Shown: one piece after another, positions 1-8,371 of the stretch
Layout of the letters: each line of letters opens with the position of its first letter
How positions within the stretch are numbered: position 1 is the stretch's first letter
Source of the DNA: Rhodothermales bacterium
GTDB lineage: Bacteria; Bacteroidota; Rhodothermia; Rhodothermales; VXPQ01
NCBI GenBank assembly: GCA_040904565.1
Contig: JBBDTI010000071.1
Coordinates: 1-22,626 of the forward strand
Length of the DNA stretch: 22,626 nt
Direction: 5' to 3'
The notes under the pieces: generated by a model
Database searches by the model: none
What the model saw: the letters and a program-made list of their open reading frames with translations, nothing else
Told to the model about the DNA's origin: nothing
Program-made: the position numbers and the translations under genes

Positions 1-198
1 GCTCTGGCCCTTAACCCAGACCTCCTGCCGCGATCGGCTCCAGTAGGTCATGATGTTCGTCTCGAGCGTACGCCGCAGCGTGTCCGCGTTCATATAGGCC
101 AGCATCAGGATCTCACCGGTATCGTGATCCTGCGCCAGGGCCGCAACGAGTCCGTTTGCATCGTACTTGACGCTGTCGAGTAGTTCGTTCTTGCTCAT
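1..198 (-). CDS. hisI: Phosphoribosyl-AMP cyclohydrolase (5' part; runs off the left edge)
   Basis: Manual translation from ATG at 198: MSKNELLDSVKYDANGLVAALAQDHDTGEILMLAYMNADTLRRTLETNIMTYWSRSRQEVWVKGQS. Contains the HisI motifs GL..AQD..TGE.LMLAYMN and YWSRSR..W.KG. Not in the supplied ORF track. Confidence 0.95.
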   Translation of the reverse strand, partial: MSKNELLDSVKYDANGLVAALAQDHDTGEILMLAYMNADTLRRTLETNIMTYWSRSRQEVWVKGQS

Positions 199-360
199 AT
201 CGTCCGACGTTTCAGGCACAGTAATTCAGCAGAGTATTCGAACAGGGTAAGGGGCACGCCACCATGGCACACTGCGATAGCCGAACAAAACGGTAGCCGA
301 ATGAAGCGATAGCGGAATAAAGAAGCACCGTGAGATGCCGGCCCGGCCCGGATGTTCTTA

Positions 361-425
361 ACGCACGCCGGGGCGAACGGTTTGCACGGGCGGCGGAGCG
401 AGCGGTTTGCACGCACGCCGGAGCG
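361..425. repeat. Degenerate 25-bp tandem repeat, ~2.6 copies
   Basis: 361-385 acgcacgccggggcgaacggtttgc; 386-410 acgggcggcggagcgagcggtttgc (20/25 identical); 411-425 acgcacgccggagcg (14/15 to unit 1). Confidence 0.75.
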
Positions 426-578
426 GATCATTTTTCCGCGATGCCGGGCTGCAGGTGCCGCGTTCCGTCCCATATCTCCCCGAAGTCCGTCGACGAGCGC
501 CGGGAGGTGGTCTCGGAACGGCATTTGCACGGGTCGTTCGTCGCCAACCATTGTCACAACGGCGTACGTATTCAACCT

Positions 579-1313
579 GTGTTAAGAATCATTACTCTGC
601 TCGTCGTCCTTGCCGCGACAGGGGCGTCTTCGCCGGTCCGCGCCCAGCCGATCGCAAACTCGCCGGACCTGGCGGAGCAGTTGCGACAGCTTTCACCGAT
701 GGCGGCGGACGACGTCTTGTGGCTGGCGCGATGCATCTATTCGGAGAGCGACCGGGCAGACGAGCAGCGCCTCGTCGCCTGGGTCGTGCGCAACCGCGTC
801 GAGACGCAGTTTCGCGGGCGATCGTATCGCGAGGTGATCCTCGAAGCCAGTCAGTTCAGCGCGTTCAATGAGCCGACCCCGCGCCGCCGGCACATTCTGA
901 ATCTTACGGCGTCCTCGACGTATGGACCGTGGCAGTCGGCGCTGGGCGTGGCGCTCGACGTCTACCAGGCGCCCGAGTTCGAACGCCCGTTCCCCGTGAC
1001 CGTCCGCCACTTCTACAGTCCCGTTTCCATGCGGGGTGGACTTCCGCCTCATTGGGCCGACGACGGCACGGAACTCTCTTCGGACCGCCTCGGCGTGGAC
1101 CCGCATCGGTTTCGCTTTTTCAACAATGTGGATGAAGGCTCCGCATGGGCCTCGGCAGGGAATGATGCGGCCGCCATCGGCAGCGACGACGGTACGCCCG
1201 GTACCGGGGCTCGAGCCGGCAGCAGCGGCGGATTCCTCTTCCCCGTTCGCCGCGGCAGCGGTCGCGTAGCACGGCCCGCGCGTCCCTCCGTTCGCCGCTC
1301 CGATCGACCGTAG
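579..1313 (+). CDS. Secreted SleB/CwlJ-like cell wall hydrolase (Hydrolase_2 family)
   Basis: Motifs [10 protein letters not shown] (catalytic Glu position), [20 protein letters not shown] and W..D..HRF. Probable GTG start at 579 gives a signal peptide ([23 protein letters not shown]). The upstream part of ORF 330..1313 is probably non-coding. Confidence 0.85.
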   Translation: MLRIITLLVVLAATGASSPVRAQPIANSPDLAEQLRQLSPMAADDVLWLARCIYSESDRADEQRLVAWVVRNRVETQFRGRSYREVILEASQFSAFNEPTPRRRHILNLTASSTYGPWQSALGVALDVYQAPEFERPFPVTVRHFYSPVSMRGGLPPHWADDGTELSSDRLGVDPHRFRFFNNVDEGSAWASAGNDAAAIGSDDGTPGTGARAGSSGGFLFPVRRGSGRVARPARPSVRRSDRP

Positions 1314-1510
1314 GTTGGCACGTCGTTCAGGAACCGGCGGAGGCGAGACTCTTTAACTGTCTCAGCGGCGTTGATGCGCGCCGCGCGACTCGCGGCCACG
1401 CGCCAACCGGCGTCCGCGTTCGTCCATCCGTCGCCTGCCACGAAACGAATCGGACATCCGCCATCTCCGACCGCCCTACCTCGAACGCACTCGGCCCCGT
1501 CCTGAAAGGC

Positions 1511-1798
1511 GTGGTCCATTTGCCCCGACGCATCTTGAAAGGATGCGTGCGCGCCTATCAGTACGTGCTTTCACCCCACCTCCCTTCGAGCTGCCGGTAC
1601 GTGCCTTCCTGCTCGGAATACGCCGTCGAGGCGCTCGAAAAATACGGTGCCGCAAAGGGCCTGACTCTTACCGTACACCGCCTGCTCCGCTGTCACCCAT
1701 GGGGCGGCCACGGGTTCGACCCGCCGAGGTGGTACGGCGAGCCGCGGCCCGATGCGCCGGCGGACGCCGACGCGCTAGTAGACGACCTACCGGACTGA
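1511..1798 (+). CDS. yidD: Membrane protein insertion efficiency factor YidD
   Basis: Signature [28 protein letters not shown].....[15 protein letters not shown]. Confidence 0.95.
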   Translation: MVHLPRRILKGCVRAYQYVLSPHLPSSCRYVPSCSEYAVEALEKYGAAKGLTLTVHRLLRCHPWGGHGFDPPRWYGEPRPDAPADADALVDDLPD

Positions 1799-1802
1799 CC
1801 GA

Positions 1803-2312
1803 ATGAGCTACGAAGAGCACAAGGACCTCTCGGATCGTACGCCGGTACGCGCCGCCGTCATTACCGTCAGCGACACGCGGACGCGCGAGACCGATACGAG
1901 CGGGCGCTTTCTGGTGAAGGCGTTCGAGACGGCGGGGATCGACGTCGTCGATGCGCGGATCGTGGCGGACGAGATCGAGGAGATCGAGGCGGCGATCGAC
2001 GAGCTGTCCGCCCGCTGCGAGGTCATCGTCACGAACGGAGGCACCGGGATCAGCCTGCGCGACACGACGATCGAGGTCGTCACGCGTAAGTTCGACAAGG
2101 AGCTGCCCGGATTCGGCGAGCTCTTCCGCATGCTGTCCTACGATGAGATCGGATCCGGAGCGATGCTTTCGAGGGCGGCGGGCGGACTCTTCGGCGACGT
2201 GCTGCTTTTCGCGCTGCCGGGGTCGACGAACGCCGTGCGGCTGGCCGCCGAGCAACTTATCCTGCCTGAAATCGAACATCTCGTCTGGGAAGTCATCCGC
2301 CAGCGCCCCTGA
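1803..2312 (+). CDS. moaB: MoaB/Mog-family molybdenum cofactor biosynthesis protein
   Basis: Motifs ITVSD.R....D.SG, TNGGTG...RDTT.E, LPGFGELFRMLS, SRA and LPGS. Confidence 0.9.
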   Translation: MSYEEHKDLSDRTPVRAAVITVSDTRTRETDTSGRFLVKAFETAGIDVVDARIVADEIEEIEAAIDELSARCEVIVTNGGTGISLRDTTIEVVTRKFDKELPGFGELFRMLSYDEIGSGAMLSRAAGGLFGDVLLFALPGSTNAVRLAAEQLILPEIEHLVWEVIRQRP

Positions 2313-2414
2313 ACCCGGCGCGCGGCAATTCGTCCACTTTCCGCACGGTGTGGCACATCCCGTCGGCCGCACTGTATATATTGCGTGTCGATCCTGACAC
2401 CGATTATCCGAGGC

Positions 2415-3917
2415 ATGGCAGAAAAGAGCTTTCGTATCTACAACTCATTGACGCGGCGGACGGAGGTCGTCGAGCCGATCGAGCCGGGCCACCTCCGCTT
2501 TTACGCGTGCGGACCAACCGTCTATTCCTACGCCCATATCGGGAATTTCAGGTCGTTCCTGACGGCCGACCTCGTCCAGCGGACCGCGCAGGCCCTCGGC
2601 TGGAAGACGAGCTACGTGACGAACATCACCGACGTCGGCCACCTTACCGAGGACGACGTAGCCGACGCGGGCGGTGAAGACCGCATGGTCCAGGCCCTTC
2701 GCTCGAAAGAGGGCGACCGGTTCGCCAACATCTGGGATCTCGCCCGCTACTACACGGAGGTGCTGCTGGACGACTGGCGCGCGCTGAACCTGCGCGAGCC
2801 GGACGTTCGTCCACGTGCCACCGAGCACGTCACCCAGCAGATCAAGGCCGTAGAGGCGCTTCTCGAGAAAGGCCACGCCTACGAAACGGAAAAGGGCGTG
2901 TATTTCTCGATCGCGACATTCCCGGAATACGGCAAACTGTCGGGCAACAGCGCCTCGGATCAGCTCGAAGAGGGCGACCGGGAGACGGTGGTGGACGACG
3001 AGAAGCGGGACCGGCGCGACTTCGCCCTGTGGAAGAAGGACCCCGACCACCTCATGCTGTGGCACAGTCCGTGGGGATGGGGATTCCCCGGCTGGCACAT
3101 CGAATGCTCGACCATGTCGCAGCAGTATCTCGGCGAGTCGTTCGACATGCATACCGGAGGGGAGGACAACAAATTTCCCCATCACGAATGCGAGATCGCA
3201 CAGGCGGAGAGCCTGACGGACAAACCCTTTGCCCGATACTGGCTCCACACGCGCTTCCTGCAGGTGGAGGGGGAAAAGATGTCGAAGAGCACGGGCAATT
3301 TTCTCACCGTCCGGCAGATGATCGATCCCGAGTCGGAGGGCGGCCGCGGCGTTCATCCGCTGGCGCTTCGGCTCGCGCTCATCTCGGGACAGTACCGAAA
3401 GCCGTACAACTTTACGTTCGACCAGCTGCATGCCAGCGCCAAGCACGTCCAGCGTTTCGAGGAAGCGCTGGCGCTCGTAGATGCGGCGCCGCAGACCGAC
3501 GAAGACGGGGAGGACCGCCTCGGCGAGCGCCTCGACGCGCTCTATGACCGTGCGTTCGACGCCATGCTGGACGACCTGAACACGCCCGAAGCCATCGCTG
3601 CCTCCATCGAAGGGGCCAAGCTCATCCAGGGCATCGGGACGAACCTGAATGCGGCGTCCGCGCGCTCCGCCCGTACGTGGCTGGACGCCGTCAACGACCT
3701 GCTGGGCATCGTCTATCAAGACATCGACGATGCCGAATCCGAGGCCGAAGATCCTTTCAAACGCGAGGTGGATCGTCTCCTGAATGAACGCGAACAGGCG
3801 CGGGGCGACCGCGACTTCGAACGCGCCGACGCGATACGCGCTCGGCTCGACGAGATGGACGTCGAGGTGATGGACACCCCCGAGGGCACCCGCTGGCGTC
3901 GAAAAGTGACGATCTGA
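2415..3917 (+). CDS. cysS: Cysteine--tRNA ligase
   Basis: [13 protein letters not shown] (HIGH-like), [29 protein letters not shown] and KMSKS. ATG start taken at 2415 ([14 protein letters not shown]). Confidence 0.98.
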   Translation: MAEKSFRIYNSLTRRTEVVEPIEPGHLRFYACGPTVYSYAHIGNFRSFLTADLVQRTAQALGWKTSYVTNITDVGHLTEDDVADAGGEDRMVQALRSKEGDRFANIWDLARYYTEVLLDDWRALNLREPDVRPRATEHVTQQIKAVEALLEKGHAYETEKGVYFSIATFPEYGKLSGNSASDQLEEGDRETVVDDEKRDRRDFALWKKDPDHLMLWHSPWGWGFPGWHIECSTMSQQYLGESFDMHTGGEDNKFPHHECEIAQAESLTDKPFARYWLHTRFLQVEGEKMSKSTGNFLTVRQMIDPESEGGRGVHPLALRLALISGQYRKPYNFTFDQLHASAKHVQRFEEALALVDAAPQTDEDGEDRLGERLDALYDRAFDAMLDDLNTPEAIAASIEGAKLIQGIGTNLNAASARSARTWLDAVNDLLGIVYQDIDDAESEAEDPFKREVDRLLNEREQARGDRDFERADAIRARLDEMDVEVMDTPEGTRWRRKVTI

Positions 3918-3978
3918 CCCGAGCCTCGAAACCATACCCGATCGCGACCCGCTTCATCCAACGACCATCTCAAGACCC

Positions 3979-4962
3979 ATGCGCATCCGACCCAGACGAC
4001 TTCGCCGGGGCGCGTCCATTCGCCGCCTGGCGCGCGAGGCGCGCCTGTCGGTGGATCACCTCATCGCCCCGCTTTTCATCGTCGACGGCGAGGGCGTTCG
4101 CGAAGAGATTTCTTCGATGCCCGGACAGTACCGGCTCAGCCTCGACGAACTAGACCGGGAAGTTCGAGAGCTGGCCGACCTCGGCATCCCGGGCGTCGCC
4201 CTCTTCCCCAAGATCGACGATGCGTTGAAGGATCCTACCGGTAGCGCGGCGCTCGACCCGGACGGGCTCGTCCCGCGCGCCGTGCGAAGGGTCAAGGAGG
4301 CGGCGCCCGAGCTGCTCGCGATCACGGACGTGGCGCTGGATCCGTTTTCGTCGGACGGGCACGACGGCATCGTGCGCGATGGAGCGGTCGACAACGACAT
4401 GTCGCTGATGGTGCTGGCGGACATGGCCGTCGTCCACGCCCAGGCCGGGGCCGACATCATCGCGCCCTCGGATATGATGGACGGACGCGTGGCGGCGATC
4501 CGGGACGCGCTGGATGATGGGGGATGGACGGACGTCGCGATCCTGTCCTATACCGCCAAGTACGCCTCGGCCTTCTACGGCCCCTTCCGCGACGCCCTCG
4601 ATTCGGCCCCGCGCCGGCGCGTGGACATCCCCCCGGATAAAAAGACGTATCAGATGGACCCCGCCAACGGCCGGGAAGCCCTCCGCGAGCTCATGCTCGA
4701 TCTTAATGAGGGAGCCGACATCGTGATGGTCAAGCCGGCGCTTCCGTACCTGGACGTGATCTACCGCGTCAGGGAGGCGTCGGACGTGCCCGTGGCGGCG
4801 TACAACGTCAGCGGAGAATACGCCATGATGCGCGCGGCGGCGCTCAACGGATGGCTCGACCTCGACGCCGTCATGATGGAATCGCTGACGGCCATCCGGC
4901 GGGCCGGAGCCGACGTCATCTTTACCTACTTCGCCAAGGAAGCCGCCAGGAGGCTACGCTAA
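3979..4962 (+). CDS. hemB: Porphobilinogen synthase (ALA dehydratase), Asp-rich non-Zn type
   Basis: RPRRLR, APSDMMDGRV, SYTAKYASAFYGPFRDA, MVKPAL and AYNVSGEY. The metal site reads DVALDPFSSDGHDG, without the Cys triad. Confidence 0.98.
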   Translation: MRIRPRRLRRGASIRRLAREARLSVDHLIAPLFIVDGEGVREEISSMPGQYRLSLDELDREVRELADLGIPGVALFPKIDDALKDPTGSAALDPDGLVPRAVRRVKEAAPELLAITDVALDPFSSDGHDGIVRDGAVDNDMSLMVLADMAVVHAQAGADIIAPSDMMDGRVAAIRDALDDGGWTDVAILSYTAKYASAFYGPFRDALDSAPRRRVDIPPDKKTYQMDPANGREALRELMLDLNEGADIVMVKPALPYLDVIYRVREASDVPVAAYNVSGEYAMMRAAALNGWLDLDAVMMESLTAIRRAGADVIFTYFAKEAARRLR

Positions 4963-4967
4963 TACGC

Positions 4968-5498
4968 ATGTCCGATTCGAAGAAAACGGTTTCCGTCACC
5001 CACATCGACTACAGCCACATGGAAGGCGGGCTCGTCCGCATGATGGACCGCTTCAAGAAAGAGGGCACGTTGACGGGCGAGGTGGATGCCGACGACGTGC
5101 TGCGGGAGAGTCCGGCCGCCGCCCTGCTGGGCCTTCTCTACGACCAGCGCATGCGGGCCGAGTTCGCGTTCACCGGACCCATCCGGCTGAAGGAGCGGCT
5201 GGGGCATCTGGACTTTCCGCAGATTGCCGAGATGGATCTGGAGCGGCTGCGGGAGGTCTTCGCCGAGCAGCCGGCGGTGCACCGCTTCACGAACAAGATG
5301 GCCGAGTACACGCAGGGGGTAGCGCGGCTCGTGACGGAGAAGTACGACGGAGATCCCGCGCGGATGTGGAACGACGGCGCCGACTTCCCCACCATCGAAA
5401 AGCGCATGCGCGAGCTGCCCGGATTCGGACGGCAGAAGGCGGCCAAGATGAAGTACGTGCTGCACTATTTCGGGCATCGCGATTTCTCGGGCGCGTAG
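4968..5498 (+). CDS. HhH-GPD-superfamily (base-excision-repair-like) protein
   Basis: AD..L...P.A.LLGLLYDQ....E.AF.GP, P.VHRF...MA, Y.GD...MW and helix-hairpin-helix LPGFGRQKA resemble the short uncharacterised HhH-GPD family known from Actinobacteria. ATG at 4968, 5 nt after the hemB stop. Confidence 0.8.
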   Translation: MSDSKKTVSVTHIDYSHMEGGLVRMMDRFKKEGTLTGEVDADDVLRESPAAALLGLLYDQRMRAEFAFTGPIRLKERLGHLDFPQIAEMDLERLREVFAEQPAVHRFTNKMAEYTQGVARLVTEKYDGDPARMWNDGADFPTIEKRMRELPGFGRQKAAKMKYVLHYFGHRDFSGA

Positions 5499-5523
5499 CG
5501 GCCCGGGCCGTCGGTACGCCGCC

Positions 5524-5804
5524 GGGGTTGCCCGTCAGGCGTCCGCCCGCGACTGCTCACACGGTTCGAGGCCCTCATGGAAGAGGGCGGAAATGACCCT
5601 CGCCCTGACGGCACCCTGATTCCTAACCGGGGTCCATGCCGCACGAGGACCGATTACGGCGCCGGCTTTCGTAGGTTTGCCGTACCGGTTAGGTGCGGTT
5701 TGTGGGCGTCCCGCACGGGGCACCGGGATCGGTTTTCCCTGTTACCCACCCGCTGAGCCGGCGTACCGGCTCGTCGACCGCATTGGTATGCGCGGCGCAG
5801 CGGG
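5524..5804. other. Highly structured intergenic/leader region (candidate cis-regulatory RNA)
   Basis: Nested perfect stems: 5532-5539/5604-5611, 5542-5548/5585-5591, 5622-5630/5685-5693 (enclosing 5631-5635/5647-5651 and 5655-5660/5679-5684), 5749-5755/5798-5804 and 5755-5761/5766-5772. Confidence 0.4.
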
Positions 5805-5888
5805 CTTATCTTCAACCCGCCGTATTGTGCCGGCTACGTGCATCGCTTAGCGCGGCGCTACATTCTCGATCACTACCATGCCCCGCCC

Positions 5889-8174
5889 ATGGAACTCGAT
5901 CTCGTCAACTTACTCCTCGTACTCGTTGCAGCGTGGGTAGCCGGACACGCAGCGAACCGCGTGGGATATCCGTCCGTTCTCGGCGAGATTCTGGCCGGCA
6001 TCCTTCTCGGTCCGCCGCTGCTCGGCCTGATGCACGGCAGCGAGGCGATCTCGATCCTGGCCGAGGTCGGCGTGCTGCTCATGATGCTGTACATCGGGAT
6101 CGAGGTGAATCCACGAGACCTGACGAAGGTATCCTGGGCGGGCGGACTCGCAGCGATCGGAGGGTTCATCACGCCGTTTGCCATGGCCTACGTGGTGGTG
6201 CTCTGGTTTGGAGGGACGCACCTGGCCGGCATGTTCGTCGGCATTGCGGCCGGCATCACATCGCTGGCCACGAAGTCGCGCATCCTGGTCGACCTGAAGC
6301 TGCTCGACACGCGCATCGCCCACGTGCTCATGGCGGGCGCGCTCGTGTCCGACACCCTCTCGCTGATCATCTTCGCCGGCATCATGGGCGTCGCCCAGTC
6401 GGGTACGCTCGATTTCGTGCAGCTCGGCCTCGTCGTTCTCAAGGCGGCGGGCTTTTTCGCCGTCACGATCGTGATCGGGATGAAAGTTTTCCCGTACGTC
6501 GGCAAGCAGCTCTCGGCCCGCGGGTACACCCATCCCACGTTCACCTTCACGCTCGTGCTGATCATCGCCGTGCTGTTCGGCGAGCTGGCGGAGCTGGCCG
6601 GACTCCACTCCATTCTAGGCGCATTCATCGCGGGCCTCTTCATCCAGGAGAACGTGCTCGGCCGAACGCTCTCTCACAAGCTTACCGAGGCCGTACGGGA
6701 GGCTTCCATCGGGTTCCTGGCCCCGATCTTTTTCGTGACGGCCGGATTCGCCGTTTCCTTTAGCGTCTTTCAGGCCGACCTGGCGTTCTTTCTCTCGATC
6801 ATGGCCGTCGCCACGATCGGTAAGGTCGTGGGTACGGCCGTCTTCTATCTGCCTACCGGATACGGCTGGCGAGAAGGGATTACGATCGGTGCGGGCATGA
6901 ACGGCCGCGGCGCGGTCGAGATCATCGTGGCGGGGATCGGGCTCGAGATGGGGCTCATCACGCAGGAGATTTTCTCGATCCTCGTGTTCATGGCCATCTT
7001 CACCACGGCGGCGGTTCCGCTCTTCCTCAAATGGGGCGCCGAGTGGCTGCGCCGTCGGGGAGAGCTCGTCCGGACAGACGAAGAGCGGCAGGGCATCCTC
7101 ATCGTCGGCGCGGAGCCTTTGGCCCAACGGCTGGCGCTGCTGATGGGTCCGTATCAGCCCGTGTGGCTCGTGGATGTGAACGCCGATCGCTGCGCGACCG
7201 CAGGGCAGCAGGGACTCGACACCGTATGCGGAAACGCGCTGCAGGAAAGCGTACTCAGCGAAGCGCACGCAGCCGAAGCCGCGACGATCGTCGCCATGAC
7301 GTCCAACGCCGAGGTAAACGTACTGACCGCCCAGCTTGCCAGCGAGGTCTTCGGCGTTCCCAACGTCGTCGTCCTCCAGACGCGTTCCGAGGGCGCCGGA
7401 CAGCGCAGCCTGCTCGCCCGGCTGAACGCATCCGTCCTCTTCGGCGGACCCGTACTGCCCCAGACGTGGAACGACGCCATCAAGCGAAACCGCGTCTCGT
7501 CCACCAGAGTCGACGCAGACACGTTTCCGTCGACGAAGGCGAACGACATCTACCGGTTTCTGGTCGACGAGGAAAACCGCCTGCCAATTATCGTGGAGGG
7601 CACCGACGAAACCACCATTTTCGACTCGGATACGGTGCTTCGGGCAGGCGACGTCCTGCACGTACTCGATATCGTTCCCAGCGGCGCGGATCTTCCGACG
7701 AGCGACCATACGCTGACCAACATGGCGAAAGACTGTCCGATTATCGACCTGGAGGAGGCGGCCGATCCGGCCGACGTCTACCGGGAAGCCGCTCGGCTGT
7801 TCGCGTCGATGCCGGGTGTTCGTCTATCGGCTGCGAAGATGGAAGCGGCGTTCGTGGAGCAGGCGGTAGATCATCCCCCCGTTATCGTACCCGGCCTGGC
7901 GGTACCCCACCTCGTTCTCGAAGGGACGGACCTGTTCCACATGGTCCTGTTCCGCAGCCGGACGGGCGTGCACTTTCCCTCGGGCGACGCGCCCGTCCAC
8001 GCCGTATTCGTGTTGATTCGGTCCGCGGACCAGCGGCGACGGCACCTGCAAACCCTGGCGTCGATCGCCCATCTCGTGCAGCATCCGGATTACGAGGAGC
8101 GATGGAAGGAGGCCGAAGGGCCGGACGATCTCCGGACGCTGCTGATCCAGACGACGAGGACGGTGAAGGCCTGA
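5889..8174 (+). CDS. CPA2 (Kef/NapA-type) cation:proton antiporter fused to an RCK/TrkA-N domain and a C-terminal PTS EIIA (Ntr/Fru-type) domain
   Basis: Multi-TM N-terminus with PSVLGEILAGILLGP, GIE, ALVSD, LGAFIAG, PIFFV..G and GRGAVE. RCK-like ILIVGA..VD...GNA follows. The C-terminal GLAVPH ... GVHF ... HLQTLASIA is EIIA-like. Start taken at ATG 5889. Confidence 0.9.
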   Translation: MELDLVNLLLVLVAAWVAGHAANRVGYPSVLGEILAGILLGPPLLGLMHGSEAISILAEVGVLLMMLYIGIEVNPRDLTKVSWAGGLAAIGGFITPFAMAYVVVLWFGGTHLAGMFVGIAAGITSLATKSRILVDLKLLDTRIAHVLMAGALVSDTLSLIIFAGIMGVAQSGTLDFVQLGLVVLKAAGFFAVTIVIGMKVFPYVGKQLSARGYTHPTFTFTLVLIIAVLFGELAELAGLHSILGAFIAGLFIQENVLGRTLSHKLTEAVREASIGFLAPIFFVTAGFAVSFSVFQADLAFFLSIMAVATIGKVVGTAVFYLPTGYGWREGITIGAGMNGRGAVEIIVAGIGLEMGLITQEIFSILVFMAIFTTAAVPLFLKWGAEWLRRRGELVRTDEERQGILIVGAEPLAQRLALLMGPYQPVWLVDVNADRCATAGQQGLDTVCGNALQESVLSEAHAAEAATIVAMTSNAEVNVLTAQLASEVFGVPNVVVLQTRSEGAGQRSLLARLNASVLFGGPVLPQTWNDAIKRNRVSSTRVDADTFPSTKANDIYRFLVDEENRLPIIVEGTDETTIFDSDTVLRAGDVLHVLDIVPSGADLPTSDHTLTNMAKDCPIIDLEEAADPADVYREAARLFASMPGVRLSAAKMEAAFVEQAVDHPPVIVPGLAVPHLVLEGTDLFHMVLFRSRTGVHFPSGDAPVHAVFVLIRSADQRRRHLQTLASIAHLVQHPDYEERWKEAEGPDDLRTLLIQTTRTVKA

Positions 8175-8371
8175 TCACCCCAAGGGCATGGCGGGGTCGG
8201 CCTCGTTCGCCGCGGCTGTCGGCCCGTTTGCTCCCTTCTGCCGCTCTTGCAGGCAACCGTCGGTCCCTTTTCGCGCGATTTCGTACGTTGTCTCCTGAGG
8301 AATGCGCGTGGCAGGCCCACGTGGTGATGCGCGCGGTCCCCTTCGATCTCTCGTCCAACCATCAAGCCCCC

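Noticed and set aside
1511-1798. yidD outside the rpmH-rnpA-yidD-yidC operon as a novelty
   Set aside because: A detached yidD is common in several phyla, so it is not unusual by itself.
264-2356. TGGCAC hexamers (near 265, 1316, 2351) as sigma54 promoters
   Set aside because: None is followed by TTGC at the required -12 spacing.
2445-3935. Long antisense or alternative-frame ORFs (also 12694..14214, 14284..15783, 16395..18818, 17014..18531)
   Set aside because: They overlap well-supported genes, lack motifs, and are expected from stop-codon scarcity in high-GC DNA.
7031-8371. 898-aa ORF suggesting a long N-terminal extension of PhoX
   Set aside because: The first ~447 codons are an Arg/Pro-rich off-frame shadow of the antiporter gene. 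The Tat signal at 8372 marks the real start.
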